Shown one piece after another: positions 1-10,603 of a stretch of DNA of 64,000 bases; position 1 is the first letter of the stretch, and each line of letters starts with the position of its first letter. The stretch lies in IMG/VR virus record IMGVR_UViG_3300027899_000008. One strand, 5' to 3'. This stretch comes from a virus. Made by a program: the position numbers and the translations under genes. Below the pieces are notes generated by a model. That model searched no databases and was not told where the DNA came from. It saw only the letters and a program-made list of their open reading frames with translations.

Positions 1-996
1 CGTATTGCTATTGACGGTGGTGCTAGTTCCGTTGATTGTCAGATTGCCAGTAACAACCAAATTACCACCAATCGTGCCATCATTAGTGGTTGTGATTGAG
101 GTGAAACTTGGAGTAGCAGTTACCGCAATAGTAACTGCTCCTGTAGCACCAGAAACTGTTATTTGGTTTCCTGCAATCGCAGATTGAACACCAGTATTCG
201 TAAAGGTAACAGCTCCCGTAGACGCTGATACAGAAATTCCTGTTCCTGCAACCGCTGATGTAACCGCACTATTGAGAAGTGTTCCTGTAGTAGCTGGCAG
301 AGTATGAACTAAATTTCCAGTCTGTGTAGCCTGGGGTTTAATATCATTGTTATATGCAGTGACATCTCCATCATATCCCTTTAGTCTGAGAGTACCATTG
401 ACAGCACCTAACGTACTTGGAGTAATGCTGAATAATGCTGTTGCATTCTGAACGGTTGTAGTAGTTGAATTGAGATAAGTATTGGTTCCCGATAAAGTAA
501 TATCTCCAATATTAGCATTGAAGGCTGCTACACCAGCAACATTTAAAGTAGAAGCAGTAATACCTGCATTCATCACTTGTTTGACGCTATAGGTATTGCC
601 TTCGTTTATACGAGCAACATTGGTCACCGCACCAGTAACACCATTTAGGGATTGAACGCCTGTGTTCGTTAGGGTTATTCCACCACTGGCAGCAGCAACG
701 GAGATACCAGAACCACCATAAATACTAACCGCACCAGTAAGACCATTGACGGAAGATACGGAACCTCCTGCGATATTATTATCAATATAGGTCTTTACTG
801 CTTTTTGGGTTGGAATCTTATTATCACTAGTACCTAAAGTAACGGTGGTGTCAATTTCTGCACCAACTCGCAATGATGTTCCATCATTCTTTGCGACATA
901 TAATGAATTTAACCCATCAACAAATGCTGGTTCGCCGAAGGTAAGACCTGTGGGTGCTGTGCCTGATGTAGATCGTTTAATGCGAATTGTTGACAT
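1..996 (-). CDS. Tail/fibre-like virion protein, runs off the window edge (not in ORF track)
   Basis: ATG at 996 (MSTIRIKRSTSGTAPTGLTFGEPAF...), open to position 1. IRIKRS..P..L..GE is a common phage fibre N-terminus; SVNGLTGAV / SLNGVTGAV repeats; Gly/Thr-rich. Confidence 0.75.
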   Translation of the reverse strand, partial: MSTIRIKRSTSGTAPTGLTFGEPAFVDGLNSLYVAKNDGTSLRVGAEIDTTVTLGTSDNKIPTQKAVKTYIDNNIAGGSVSSVNGLTGAVSIYGGSGISVAAASGGITLTNTGVQSLNGVTGAVTNVARINEGNTYSVKQVMNAGITASTLNVAGVAAFNANIGDITLSGTNTYLNSTTTTVQNATALFSITPSTLGAVNGTLRLKGYDGDVTAYNNDIKPQATQTGNLVHTLPATTGTLLNSAVTSAVAGTGISVSASTGAVTFTNTGVQSAIAGNQITVSGATGAVTIAVTATPSFTSITTTNDGTIGGNLVVTGNLTINGTSTTVNSNT

Positions 997-997
997 A

Positions 998-1318
998 TTA
1001 GAAAGTCCCTCCGTCTATGTATATGGAACCGAACATTTGAATATCTCCTCCAACATTTAAATTTTCAGAAATTGTTACATTGTTGGGAAGACCAATAACA
1101 ATATTGGGACATATACTTGTTACTTCTATTTCTCCCGTTGTTCCTGTGATTCCGAGTATTCCAGTACAACCATTCAATGAAGTTACATTACCTGTAGAAC
1201 CAACAATAAAATTGGTACTACCCAATGAAGACCAATACGATCCACTCCATATCCACGATTTGGTATCGTAGGAGTAGATTTCATTTGTAGCAGGACTATT
1301 TGGAAAATTAATTGGCAT
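998..1318 (-). CDS. Small fibre-associated/virion protein
   Basis: FP.SP...W.W.G..W N-module, SLNGCTG motif, C-terminal IDGGTF; paralogous to 6298..7269. Confidence 0.6.
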   Translation of the reverse strand: MPINFPNSPATNEIYSYDTKSWIWSGSYWSSLGSTNFIVGSTGNVTSLNGCTGILGITGTTGEIEVTSICPNIVIGLPNNVTISENLNVGGDIQMFGSIYIDGGTF

Positions 1319-1322
1319 TTAG

Positions 1323-1330
1323 TATTTATC
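1323..1330 (-). promoter_or_regulatory. Putative T4-type late promoter (GATAAATA), leaderless
   Basis: 1 mismatch to TATAAATA, 4 nt before ATG at 1318. Confidence 0.55.
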
Positions 1331-1336
1331 TGCAAA

Positions 1337-1639
1337 TTAAATATCAGTTGCCCCAACAAACTCTCCATCAGCAATTGATTTGGCAAACAGATAGGCAGAT
1401 TTTACCTCGTTCATTCCCGCAGCATCAATGATAGCAGGAGCAAACCATGTATCAAAATCAACCACGGGAATGGTTCGTTCATCAAGAGGAATCTTGTTGT
1501 CTATTCTTGCTTGTTCAGAAACATATCCATCCAAAAGAACTGTACCTGTCTTGGCAGTATGATTCAGAGTCAGAGTACGAATCTTCCAATATTGCGAATA
1601 GGTTCCTGTTGGATGTTGAATAATTTGTTGTAGTGCCAT
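1337..1639 (-). CDS. Hypothetical protein, possibly fibre chaperone
   Basis: 100 aa, MAL...YWKI...GY.SE.AR...AY..K...EF.GA.D pattern seen in small genes next to fibres; its start overlaps the stop of 1639..1959. Confidence 0.55.
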   Translation of the reverse strand: MALQQIIQHPTGTYSQYWKIRTLTLNHTAKTGTVLLDGYVSEQARIDNKIPLDERTIPVVDFDTWFAPAIIDAAGMNEVKSAYLFAKSIADGEFVGATDI

Positions 1640-1959
1640 TAGGTTGACTCCAATACTGATACGATGATATCAAGTCCCGCAGTCAATCCTGCTGTAACTT
1701 TGAGTGTGTCTCCTGTTACGAGTGGAATTGGTGCATCAAGTGCTTGGTAGGTTGCTTGAATTGGAACTGCTGCTGCACGAACAATGTAATATCCTGTTGC
1801 TCCCTTGAACAACTGAACAGATACACTATTGGCTAATGTGGTGTTGCTGTTGGCAACATGAATAGCATTCACTATTGCAGTTCCTGTGATTCCTGCATAG
1901 ATTACGGTGGCTGCTGTGACACCGACTGAAGTTGCGTAATTTTTGTATGTGTCTGGCAT
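1639..1959 (-). CDS. Small beta-rich putative virion protein
   Basis: 106 aa with ..VAN.....GD.L.V....LD...S.LE pattern typical of T4-like small structural proteins; SD AGGA and late promoter upstream. Confidence 0.6.
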   Translation of the reverse strand: MPDTYKNYATSVGVTAATVIYAGITGTAIVNAIHVANSNTTLANSVSVQLFKGATGYYIVRAAAVPIQATYQALDAPIPLVTGDTLKVTAGLTAGLDIIVSVLEST

Positions 1960-1974
1960 TAGTATTTCCTTTAA

Positions 1975-1982
1975 TATTTATG
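1975..1982 (-). promoter_or_regulatory. Putative late promoter (CATAAATA)
   Basis: Intergenic, upstream of SD and ATG at 1959. Confidence 0.55.
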
Positions 1983-1983
1983 C

Positions 1984-2859
1984 TTATGGTGCGGAGGATT
2001 TGTACGGGTGATCGTTGGGAAGATTTGCTTGCAGTCCCCATTTGTGTGCAAGATAACCTTCTGTTCTTTGACGAGTATCTGTTGATACAGTTCCGTCAAT
2101 TACAATCAATTCATATAGATCCATGTTTCCCGCTTCCGTATTTATTGTATTTGCACCCACAGTCCAAACAGATTCCGTGTTTGCCCCAGTATAAACAGAT
2201 ACTAAGTGTGCAACAGTATTCTTTGTTGTTCCATTCGTATAACCAACAACAGAACCACCTGTTCTTATACAAGATATAAACAAATTTGCATTTTGGGTGT
2301 AATTATCAGAGTCTAAGTCAATGGCTCCATTGTTCCATAAACCCCAAGGAGCAAGATATGCAGCAATAGATTGACTTCCAAACAACAATTCAAAGTTTCC
2401 CGCGCTATAGTTTGCTAAAATTGTTCCGTAACCACTTGCTAATTTTGGTTTGTATGCAGCAAAAATACCAAAGTTTGAATTTCCGCTTGTAATCACAGTT
2501 GTGCTTGAAATATCTAGGTTGTCATTTGAACCATCAAATGAGATGATACCATAGCCATTTTGACTATTTGAAGTGTATGTTGGTTGTTGTAGTGCTGTTC
2601 CTTGAGTAGCATTTCTACCGTTTCCGCTCTTGTCGTTCCATTGAGAAACGGTAGTGCTATTAAGAGTGATTGTTGATGCATCTCCTGCATCCAACCAAAG
2701 GGATGTTGTGATTTGTGCAGGTGTCCATGCACCACCAACAGCAACAAACACTCCCAAATCTCTCTCTATGAAATGCTTCAGACTAGGAATGGTTCCTGCC
2801 GCTGTACGGCGTTGATCTGTGGTTCCACAGTATCCTGAATTGAGTCGCCATCTTCTCAT
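1984..2859 (-). CDS. Concanavalin A-like (LamG-type) lectin domain virion protein
   Basis: WLDA.D..T......V.QW.DKSGNG.NA.Q...P ... FDG..D ... [10 protein letters not shown]; start at 2859 overlaps the collagen gene stop (ATGA). Confidence 0.75.
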   Translation of the reverse strand: MRRWRLNSGYCGTTDQRRTAAGTIPSLKHFIERDLGVFVAVGGAWTPAQITTSLWLDAGDASTITLNSTTVSQWNDKSGNGRNATQGTALQQPTYTSNSQNGYGIISFDGSNDNLDISSTTVITSGNSNFGIFAAYKPKLASGYGTILANYSAGNFELLFGSQSIAAYLAPWGLWNNGAIDLDSDNYTQNANLFISCIRTGGSVVGYTNGTTKNTVAHLVSVYTGANTESVWTVGANTINTEAGNMDLYELIVIDGTVSTDTRQRTEGYLAHKWGLQANLPNDHPYKSSAP

Positions 2860-5792
2860 GATAAGAACCACCCTCTCTTGAAATCTACAATTGATTCAAC
2901 TGCACCTGTTGCTCCGTTGATGGAGACGACATAATCACCAACTGGTCCTGTTGCTCCTGTGACACCTTGAGAACCTGTAGCACCTGTTACTCCTGTGTTA
3001 CCTTGAGATCCAGTTGGACCTGTAACACCTTGAATGCCTTGAGAACCTGTGGCTCCTGTTGCACCATTTATTCCATTAGCACTAGTTGCCCCCATTGCTC
3101 CAGCATTCAACTCCACCCATATTACCCCCGAATCATCTGTAATAGCAGTATACAATCCACCGTTTGTTGTATTAAACCACATATCTCCTTTGATAGGCGT
3201 AGACGGAGCAGTTATTCCTTCAGAAAAATTAGCACCAACAATAAGTACTACATCTCCAGTTAATCCATTGACTGAAGTTACTGCTGTTATGTTACCTGTT
3301 AGACCATTTATACTCTTAACCACATTTTTGGTGATTTGGTCTTCTACATTGGTAACGGTAGAACTATATTGCCCACCATTAGAGGTATCGTAAAATGTGA
3401 ATTTTAAGGATGCTCCTAGTGTAGATGGAACATCTGTTGGTATTGAAGCTGGTCTGAGTGTATTAAGAAAATTACCAACAGTAATCAATTCATGTACTGA
3501 GTTTGGTTTTCTCTCTACCAGTATCTTATCACTTTCAGATACACTCGTAGTGGTTCCTAATGTTATTCCAGTATATCCAGCAGAGGAATAATCAATTCTA
3601 AATGTATGAGTTATTCCACTCAACGCATAAGATATTCCTGGTCCTCCATACAGATTCTGTATACCAGTTGCACCTCTGTCTCCAGTTGGTCCAGTATTTC
3701 CTGTTGGACCTATTGGACCTGGAACGAAAGAGTCAGCACCAGTTGCTCCAGTTGCACCTGTAGGACCTTGTGGTCCAGCGGAACCTACACCAATGGTAGT
3801 CTTTACATAAGAAACATCTTGTCCCTCATATGAGGTAACAACATCAAAACTCGTAGAACCGCTTACTCTAGCAGCATAAACTTTAAAAACTAATCTATCT
3901 GTTGTTAAAAACGAGAAAGCAGAAGCATATACAACAGTCCATCTAATTTCTGCTTTGGTTTCATTAGAAAAGTTTTCAGAATACCCACTTCGTAGTAAGG
4001 TTTCTGTTCCTGCAAGATCCCTTTTCCACAATTCAAAATTTAATCTTGCAACACCATTATTAGCAGTTTGATATGCATGAATGAGTCTCTCTGCAATGCC
4101 TGTAGGAAGAGATCCTACTCCTGGTTCGCCCACATCAGTTATGAAGGATGCAATAAAAACATCACTAGTGCCAGTGACACTAGTAGTAATACTTGTAATT
4201 GCATTAGGTGATGGAGATGTAACTGCTTTTTTGTATCCTACAACATCAGCAGTTACTCCTGCCCAAAGATAATAGATTCTACCAGCATTTCCACCTGCGA
4301 TTCCTTGAGGACCTGTAGCACCTGTTGCTCCAGTATTACCCTGAATTCCTTGAGAACCAGTAGCACCTGTTGGTCCTATTGGACCTGGAACAAACGAGTC
4401 AGCACCAGTTGCGCCAGTGGAACCAGTATTACCTTGAGAACCAGTAGCACCTGTTGGTCCTATTGGACCTGGAACAAACGAGTCAGCACCTGTTGCACCT
4501 GTGTTACCTTGAATACCTTGAGAACCAGTAGCACCTGTTGCTCCAGTATTACCCTGAATTCCTTGAGAACCAGTAGCACCTGTTGGTCCTATTGGACCTG
4601 GAACAAACGAGTCAGCACCTGTGTTACCTTGAATACCTTGAGAACCAGTAGCACCTGTGTTTCCTGTTGCACCTTGAGAACCAGTAGCACCTGTTGGTCC
4701 TATTGGACCTGGAACAAACGAGTCAGCACCTGTTGCACCTGTGTTACCTTGAATACCTTGAGAACCAGTAGCACCTGTGTTTCCTGTTGCACCTTGAGAA
4801 CCAGTTGCACCAGTTGCTCCTGTATATCCTGTTGCTCCAGTATTACCCTGAATTCCTTGAGAACCAGTTGCACCAGTTGCTCCTGTATATCCTGTTGCTC
4901 CAGTATTACCCTGAATTCCTTGAGAACCAGTAGCACCTGTTGGTCCTATTGGACCTGGAACAAACGAGTCAGCACCAGTTGCGCCAGTGGAACCAGTATT
5001 ACCTTGAGAACCAGTAGCACCCGTAACACCTTGAATGCCTTGATATCCTGTTGCGCCAGTATTACCCTGAATTCCTTGAGAACCAGTAGCACCTGTTGAA
5101 CCTATTGGTCCTTGAACGAAAGAGTCAGCACCTGTTGCGCCTGTGTTACCTTGAATACCTTGAGAACCAGTAGCACCTGTTGAACCTATTGGTCCTTGAA
5201 CGAAAGAGTCAGCACCTGTTGCGCCTGTGTTACCTTGAATACCTTGAGAACCAGTAGCACCTGTTGGACCTATTGGTCCTTGAATGAAAGAGTCAGCACC
5301 AGTTGCGCCAGTGGAACCTCTAGGTCCAGTAGCACCTGTTGAACCTATTGGTCCTTGAACAAAAGAGTCAGCACCTGTTGCGCCTGTGTTACCTTGAATA
5401 CCTTGGGAACCAGTAGCACCTGTTACACCGATTGGTCCTTGAACGAAAGAGTCAGCACCAGTTGGTCCTGTTGGTCCAGTGAAACCTCTAGGTCCAGTGG
5501 AACCTGTTGGTCCTGTTGGTCCCCGAACTGAGGAATCTGCACCTGTTGGACCAGCTGGACCTATAATTCCCTGTGGTCCTTGACCACCCATAGAAGTAAC
5601 ATATAATATAGTGGAAGATGTTACCTTTTCAACAAGAGTATTTGTTGTTGTATTTGGAATTATATTAATATCAAATTCATCTTGATTAGCAACAATAATG
5701 TTAGAAACATTCGCTTGATTTATAGCGATAGAAGAGTTAGTTCCACCAAATGTGGTAATAACCAATACAGCTAAATCGTTTGGCGTTTCCAT
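2856..5792 (-). CDS. Collagen-like (G-X-Y) fibre protein
   Basis: 978 aa; ~430-aa G-X-T/G-X-Q triplet tract, two shorter tracts, S(I/V)NG(L/A)TG motifs. Confidence 0.9.
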   Translation of the reverse strand: METPNDLAVLVITTFGGTNSSIAINQANVSNIIVANQDEFDINIIPNTTTNTLVEKVTSSTILYVTSMGGQGPQGIIGPAGPTGADSSVRGPTGPTGSTGPRGFTGPTGPTGADSFVQGPIGVTGATGSQGIQGNTGATGADSFVQGPIGSTGATGPRGSTGATGADSFIQGPIGPTGATGSQGIQGNTGATGADSFVQGPIGSTGATGSQGIQGNTGATGADSFVQGPIGSTGATGSQGIQGNTGATGYQGIQGVTGATGSQGNTGSTGATGADSFVPGPIGPTGATGSQGIQGNTGATGYTGATGATGSQGIQGNTGATGYTGATGATGSQGATGNTGATGSQGIQGNTGATGADSFVPGPIGPTGATGSQGATGNTGATGSQGIQGNTGADSFVPGPIGPTGATGSQGIQGNTGATGATGSQGIQGNTGATGADSFVPGPIGPTGATGSQGNTGSTGATGADSFVPGPIGPTGATGSQGIQGNTGATGATGPQGIAGGNAGRIYYLWAGVTADVVGYKKAVTSPSPNAITSITTSVTGTSDVFIASFITDVGEPGVGSLPTGIAERLIHAYQTANNGVARLNFELWKRDLAGTETLLRSGYSENFSNETKAEIRWTVVYASAFSFLTTDRLVFKVYAARVSGSTSFDVVTSYEGQDVSYVKTTIGVGSAGPQGPTGATGATGADSFVPGPIGPTGNTGPTGDRGATGIQNLYGGPGISYALSGITHTFRIDYSSAGYTGITLGTTTSVSESDKILVERKPNSVHELITVGNFLNTLRPASIPTDVPSTLGASLKFTFYDTSNGGQYSSTVTNVEDQITKNVVKSINGLTGNITAVTSVNGLTGDVVLIVGANFSEGITAPSTPIKGDMWFNTTNGGLYTAITDDSGVIWVELNAGAMGATSANGINGATGATGSQGIQGVTGPTGSQGNTGVTGATGSQGVTGATGPVGDYVVSINGATGAVESIVDFKRGWFLS
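4300..5585 (-). repeat. Tandem collagen-coding DNA repeats
   Basis: Near-identical units encoding GATGADSFV(Q/P)GPIG(P/S)[13 protein letters not shown]; exact ~63-nt duplication around 4794-4920. Confidence 0.9.
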
Positions 5793-5798
5793 ATAATA

Positions 5799-6236
5799 TT
5801 ATGTTCTTGTTATTTCGCGAGAAATTTCAAAAGAGCCTTCAATGAGTCTCAGCACTTCGTTGGTAGCAATATTTTTAAGTTCAAGATCGTAGAAATGCTT
5901 ACCCGTTGGAGTATTTTTCATTGTGACATAATCCACTCTCAATAATATTCCACCAGTATATCCTGTAGCGCCAGATGGAGATGTATTAAAACTAATACCA
6001 CCTACACCATTGACTCCATTGATACCAGGAATAAAATCACCTGTCAGACCACCACCAGTTACTCCGTTTTTGGTCAGATACAATATCGTGGAAGTATCCT
6101 TTGAGGATTTGCGAACTTGCATTTCTCCACCAAAGTTTGATAAATCTATACCAGTTGCACCCTTGTATTTGTAATCCAGATGTAATTTGAAAGTTGTTCC
6201 TTGTTCGGCATAAATATCGTATCTTGCTGCTGGCAT
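5799..6236 (-). CDS. Putative virion beta-sandwich (fibre adaptor-like) protein
   Basis: MPA.RYDI..EQG.TF ... Q.RK ... YDLE....R..EG.F.I..E.T pattern; SD AGGAG. Confidence 0.65.
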   Translation of the reverse strand: MPAARYDIYAEQGTTFKLHLDYKYKGATGIDLSNFGGEMQVRKSSKDTSTILYLTKNGVTGGGLTGDFIPGINGVNGVGGISFNTSPSGATGYTGGILLRVDYVTMKNTPTGKHFYDLELKNIATNEVLRLIEGSFEISREITRT

Positions 6237-6259
6237 TTATATCTCCTATTTTTCTATTG

Positions 6260-6267
6260 TATTTATG
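6260..6267 (-). promoter_or_regulatory. Putative late promoter (CATAAATA)
   Basis: Intergenic, upstream of SD AGGAG of 5799..6236. Confidence 0.55.
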
Positions 6268-6297
6268 ATAAAGAAAAAAATTATATAAATGTCAGAG

Positions 6298-7269
6298 TTA
6301 AAATACTCCCCCATCTATATTTCCATAATAATTACCACCAACATTTAAATTTCCAGTTATAGTTACATTGTCAGGAAGTCCCAATGTTAGGTTTGGACAA
6401 ATCTTTGTGATTTCTATTTCGCCACTGGTTCCTGTAATTCCAATAGCACCTGTACAACCATTTATGCTGGTTACTTTTAGTGGGTCCACCAACTGAGTCG
6501 GTAGATCAACCATCAACCATTTCTGCGCGGCATGATTGAATCTTATTACCTTACCATCGCCACCAGGACCATATTCTGATTCGGTGTCTATATTGACATC
6601 AAATAGTTCGTAAAGAGATTGAGGGCCTGTTGGTCCAGTTGGTCCAGTTGGTCCTAATGGTCCCACATATCCAGTTGGTCCCATTGGACCAATTAAATCA
6701 GATCCACCACCAAAGGAAACCCATTGACCAGTTTGTCCAATAGGGTCGTGGTCGTTGACAAATGTAAAAAGGAAAGCATTAGAGCTATCAACCCATCTAT
6801 GACCCACTCTTGGATTACTAGGTGCTGTCAATCCAAATGTGAATTCTGGATCAGTGGTATTCTGACATACCATCTTCCAGGCATATCCATTGTATAACCA
6901 AATTCGCGAATCATACTCGTAGGTGTCTCCAATACATTCGGTATTTGGAAAATCTATGCCAGTGAGTCCAGAACTACCACCACCATATGTGGGACACCCA
7001 TATCCTATCTCTATCCAATGACTCGTCTGATTAACATCCTGAATGTATGTGTATTCTACAGCATCATTCAGATGAAACCATTTATCACCAGTATCTGCTC
7101 CTGTTGGAGCAGTGATACCAATGATATATTTTACATTACCAGTTAATGTGACATTGACGGATCCAGATGCGCCTAGAAAACGCCATCCTAATCCGTCAAA
7201 TGCCCATAATCTATTTTCCGAAGAATAAGTATCACCAGATTGAGGTTGCGGGGAAACTGGAAATCCCAT
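6298..7269 (-). CDS. Modular fibre-like protein with short collagen segment
   Basis: Two FP...GDTY...W.(F/Y).G..W modules, two G.TAP...G..W modules, GPT repeats, C-terminal IDGGVF. Confidence 0.7.
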   Translation of the reverse strand: MGFPVSPQPQSGDTYSSENRLWAFDGLGWRFLGASGSVNVTLTGNVKYIIGITAPTGADTGDKWFHLNDAVEYTYIQDVNQTSHWIEIGYGCPTYGGGSSGLTGIDFPNTECIGDTYEYDSRIWLYNGYAWKMVCQNTTDPEFTFGLTAPSNPRVGHRWVDSSNAFLFTFVNDHDPIGQTGQWVSFGGGSDLIGPMGPTGYVGPLGPTGPTGPTGPQSLYELFDVNIDTESEYGPGGDGKVIRFNHAAQKWLMVDLPTQLVDPLKVTSINGCTGAIGITGTSGEIEITKICPNLTLGLPDNVTITGNLNVGGNYYGNIDGGVF

Positions 7270-7301
7270 TAAACATCATATCCTATCAGTAAACAAGGAA
7301 T

Positions 7302-8528
7302 TTAGCGACTAGCCTTTTCCTTCTTCTTATATTTATGATTTTTAATTACAGGATTTTGATTGGGAATATTTTGCGTAAAGGTTTGTTGCGGATACTGAGA
7401 TTTCATGTTTTCAGAAATTGTTTCCATTATCTTGCGATATTGATTGAAATTTTCCTGAACTCTAGGAATTTCCGTTGGAGGAATCTTTCCTTCATCAAGA
7501 AGACGCTTACAAGCAAGATATCCAAGTTCTGGTTTTCCAGCATAGAATGCGCTTGCTCCGACTTCATCTAGACATGCGTAATCATAAATCGCATTGGCAA
7601 CAAAGAGAATGTCATCCTTTGGAATAGGAATCTCAGCAGCTGCTCTAGCAAATATGAATGCTGCTGCTGGCATGTTGAATTTAGTTCTGAGCACCTGAGC
7701 AATGTGATACAGGGGTTCAGCACGAATTGGTCTAGAGTTATATGCGTCGATGAAGGATGCCTGTACCTCAGGCCACGGACGATCCAGCATTGCTCTAGCG
7801 ATTGCTATTCGATACAACGAATAATATATCTCTTCTGCCCATCCGCCCATCTTAGCTCTCTTCAGATAAGAGTCAATCGCCTTTTCCCACTGCTGTGAGT
7901 CAAAGTAGGATTGTGCTAGATAAAATTGATATCGTGTGTTTTCTGGTTCATCAATCAATGCTGCTTCAAGCATTTCAGCATCTTTGGTATATTTTTCAAC
8001 AGGAGTGATTCCAAGATTCCTATTACCAAGAGTTCTCGCATTTAGAAAATAATCACCCTCAATCTTCATCATTACTGGTTGTGTCTTGATAAGAGATGCT
8101 GGAAATTCATGAAGAACTCCACGATACTCCCATTGAGAATCAATCTTAAAGATTTGTGTTCTCCACCAAGAAAACTCTGGTCTTCCCATACGAATAATGT
8201 ATGCGTCTGCTTCCATGACCGCAGGAAACTTGAAATTTCCCTCAATCTTGTCATCAGCGTCAATCACCCATGCGTAGTCTGCCTTGCCATCACAATGACG
8301 AAGAGCAACGGATCGGTTGTGTCCAAATCCCTTCCATTCATCTTGATGAAGTTCTCCAGGAATTCCCTTCTCAGCAAAGAACTTGGTGATTAGTTCCTGA
8401 GTTCCATCAGTGGAACCTGTGTCAGAGATGACCCAGTAGTCGATAAGTGGGGCAACAGATTCAAGACACTCATGAATGATATGAGTCTCATTTTTAACGA
8501 TCATACACAATGTAATTTTTGGTTTCAT
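7302..8528 (-). CDS. GT2-family glycosyltransferase with TPR-like repeats
   Basis: LCMIVKNE...DTGSTDGT...W..F...R..AL...IDADD...Y.G.LHE, followed by helical FYLAQSY/EEIYYSLY repeats. Confidence 0.9.
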   Translation of the reverse strand: MKPKITLCMIVKNETHIIHECLESVAPLIDYWVISDTGSTDGTQELITKFFAEKGIPGELHQDEWKGFGHNRSVALRHCDGKADYAWVIDADDKIEGNFKFPAVMEADAYIIRMGRPEFSWWRTQIFKIDSQWEYRGVLHEFPASLIKTQPVMMKIEGDYFLNARTLGNRNLGITPVEKYTKDAEMLEAALIDEPENTRYQFYLAQSYFDSQQWEKAIDSYLKRAKMGGWAEEIYYSLYRIAIARAMLDRPWPEVQASFIDAYNSRPIRAEPLYHIAQVLRTKFNMPAAAFIFARAAAEIPIPKDDILFVANAIYDYACLDEVGASAFYAGKPELGYLACKRLLDEGKIPPTEIPRVQENFNQYRKIMETISENMKSQYPQQTFTQNIPNQNPVIKNHKYKKKEKASR

Positions 8529-8533
8529 ATTAT
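8449..8533. repeat. 85-bp direct repeat, copy 1 (5' end of GT2 gene)
   Basis: 81/85 identical to 9073..9157. Confidence 0.9.
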
Positions 8534-9048
8534 TTTATCCAATACCACACATGATTTTTTGTTTCTTTTATTGTTTTACCAACACTAAAAGCAAATTCAT
8601 TTACAGCACGATTCACACCTTCTATACCAGTATAATCATGACCAGAAAAAATGCCACCACTTTTTATCTTTGAATAATAATTTTTACAATCTTTCAATAC
8701 CTGTTCATAAGTATGTAGTCCATCTATAAACATGAAATCATATTCATCATTAGCAAAATCCATACATGCATCATCTGAAGTTTTGTTAATTAAATTGAAT
8801 CGCGATCCAAACTCTTTCATTCGTTCAATGACCATTTGTTTTTGATTTAAGTTAAATGAAACATGATGTCCGTGCCAATCTGTATATTGCATATACGGGT
8901 CAACTGAATTTATAATAATATCTTCTTTGGTTTTTAACAAAAAAAAAGTAGTATCACCATCAAGACATCCAATTTCTATTCCTCTTGGATTATTTTTGTC
9001 TTTAAGCAATTCACCTAAACCATATCCAGGAACATGTTCAAAATTCAT
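8530..9048 (-). CDS. Class I SAM methyltransferase (Methyltransf_24-like)
   Basis: GIEIG...G ... VDPY ... DFMFIDGLHTYE.V..D ... GG..SGHDY. Confidence 0.85.
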   Translation of the reverse strand: MNFEHVPGYGLGELLKDKNNPRGIEIGCLDGDTTFFLLKTKEDIIINSVDPYMQYTDWHGHHVSFNLNQKQMVIERMKEFGSRFNLINKTSDDACMDFANDEYDFMFIDGLHTYEQVLKDCKNYYSKIKSGGIFSGHDYTGIEGVNRAVNEFAFSVGKTIKETKNHVWYWIK

Positions 9049-9152
9049 TTAATCAACCTTTCTACTAACAGGGGGGCAACGGATTCGAGACACTCATGAA
9101 TAATATGAGTCTCATTTTTAACAATCATACACAATGTAATTTTTGGTTTCAT
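9045..9152 (-). pseudogene. 35-codon truncated duplicate of the GT2 N-terminus
   Basis: MKPKITLCMIVKNETHIIHECLESVAPLLVERLIK*; first 28 aa identical to 7302..8528; its TGA overlaps the methyltransferase ATG. Confidence 0.75.
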
Positions 9153-9157
9153 ATTAT
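9073..9157. repeat. 85-bp direct repeat, copy 2
   Basis: 4 mismatches to copy 1, all synonymous third positions. Confidence 0.9.
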
Positions 9158-9164
9158 ATACCTT

Positions 9165-10046
9165 CTACTTACTATTATGTATATTGAATGTGTCAATGAT
9201 CTGATCAACGCGATTACCAACTAAATGATATTTTGTTATCTTGTTGTATATGTTAGTTGCAAGATGATTTCTATAGTCATGATCATTATACAATCTTAGC
9301 ATTTTTTCATATGCTTCTTGTCCCGTGCTAAAGTAGCATATATCTTCGTCTTCAATAAACAAATCATATATTCCAGTTTCCGCAGAAATACGATTTGTTA
9401 TTATAGCATTACCACACCCACCAGATTCAAATATTCTGCGTGTTATCTCATCGAATCTAGCAAACTGATATGTAAATGTTCCAGAATTATAATAATCAGT
9501 ATTATCAATATTCCATACATGTTTATTTATAAATTTATCTTTAAATATATTTGAAAATTCTTGTATAAGTGGTCTATATCCCAAACACGATGTGACACAT
9601 ATATTTTGTCTATTTACATTTTCTTTTTTATAAAATATAGAATCATCACACCAATGAGTCATCCAATTGGAAGGAAGTCCTTGTTGTTTATATTGTGTAT
9701 GACATCGTATATCTGAAGTAAAAAATTCATCAACATATCGTATACGAACTTGATTATCAACTTGTGTTTGTGGTTCATCTCCTACTTCTAATAGAATTTT
9801 TGTTTTAGTTTTTGATTTTAATTTTTTAAGTTGTTCATCAAATGAAGTTGATGGTCCACACCATAAAAATAAAATAAAATCATAGTTATTAGATTCATCT
9901 ATTAATTTTTCTAAATTTACATTTTTTGGATCTTTGACCCCATAAAATGTAACATCGTGTCCTTTTTTAATAAATGAATTTTGAAGACCCAACGAAGAGT
10001 TCCAACCAGAAGATTCGCTATCTTGATATGATATTGCTATTTTCAT
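9165..10046 (-). CDS. GT-B glycosyltransferase (CgeB/Glyco_trans_1_2-like)
   Basis: GDEPQ motif; C-terminal RRIFE..GCG..IIT......LF.E.EDI.YF ... H....R. Confidence 0.75.
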   Translation of the reverse strand: MKIAISYQDSESSGWNSSLGLQNSFIKKGHDVTFYGVKDPKNVNLEKLIDESNNYDFILFLWCGPSTSFDEQLKKLKSKTKTKILLEVGDEPQTQVDNQVRIRYVDEFFTSDIRCHTQYKQQGLPSNWMTHWCDDSIFYKKENVNRQNICVTSCLGYRPLIQEFSNIFKDKFINKHVWNIDNTDYYNSGTFTYQFARFDEITRRIFESGGCGNAIITNRISAETGIYDLFIEDEDICYFSTGQEAYEKMLRLYNDHDYRNHLATNIYNKITKYHLVGNRVDQIIDTFNIHNSK

Positions 10047-10603
10047 TTGTTAACTTCATGAATCCAACATGCTGGATCTTTGACCTTTATATTAGTTAAA
10101 AATCTTTCATTCACTGCGCGAGTAACACCAGGCCAACCGCCATAATCATGTCCTGCTATTATTCCTTTATTTTTTATTTTAGGATACCATGCTTCTATAT
10201 CTGCCTTGACTGCATCATAGGAGTGATCCGCATCAATAAATACAACATCTAAACTATTATCTTCGAATAATTTAGATGCTTTAATAGAATTTTGACGAAT
10301 TGGTCTTATAACATTCAATAATGTTTTAATATTATTTAAAAATAATTCATATAATACATCTTCAATAATAATTTGATCTGACCTGTGTTCATCAGATCCC
10401 TTCCAAGTATCAACACAATACAATTTAATATTTTTGGTTGAATTAAGAATTTCTACAGCAAGATAAGAAGCACTTTTTCCCTTCCATGATCCAACTTCAA
10501 CAATTGTTGATCCATCGTTTAGACGATCAACAAATGATTTATATAATTCTTCATAACCAAACCAATTTTCTCCAAATTGTTCTTCTTGATATATGTGTTT
10601 CAT
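10043..10603 (-). CDS. Class I SAM methyltransferase (Methyltransf_24-like)
   Basis: VEVGSWKGKS, VDTWKGS, VFIDADHSY..V..D, AGHDY; start at 10603 by ATGA overlap. Confidence 0.88.
   Translation of the reverse strand: MKHIYQEEQFGENWFGYEELYKSFVDRLNDGSTIVEVGSWKGKSASYLAVEILNSTKNIKLYCVDTWKGSDEHRSDQIIIEDVLYELFLNNIKTLLNVIRPIRQNSIKASKLFEDNSLDVVFIDADHSYDAVKADIEAWYPKIKNKGIIAGHDYGGWPGVTRAVNERFLTNIKVKDPACWIHEVNK

Noticed and set aside
4305-5099. 264-aa Cys/Thr-rich plus-strand ORF and other plus-strand ORFs in the track
   Set aside because: Antisense shadows of repetitive or codon-biased minus-strand genes; no motifs or start signals.
4300-5585. CRISPR-like array
   Set aside because: Repeats are in-frame collagen codons without unique spacers.
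8939-8947. A9 homopolymer as a phase-variation tract in the methyltransferase
   Set aside because: Expected by chance in such AT-rich DNA; gene is in frame; no read evidence available.
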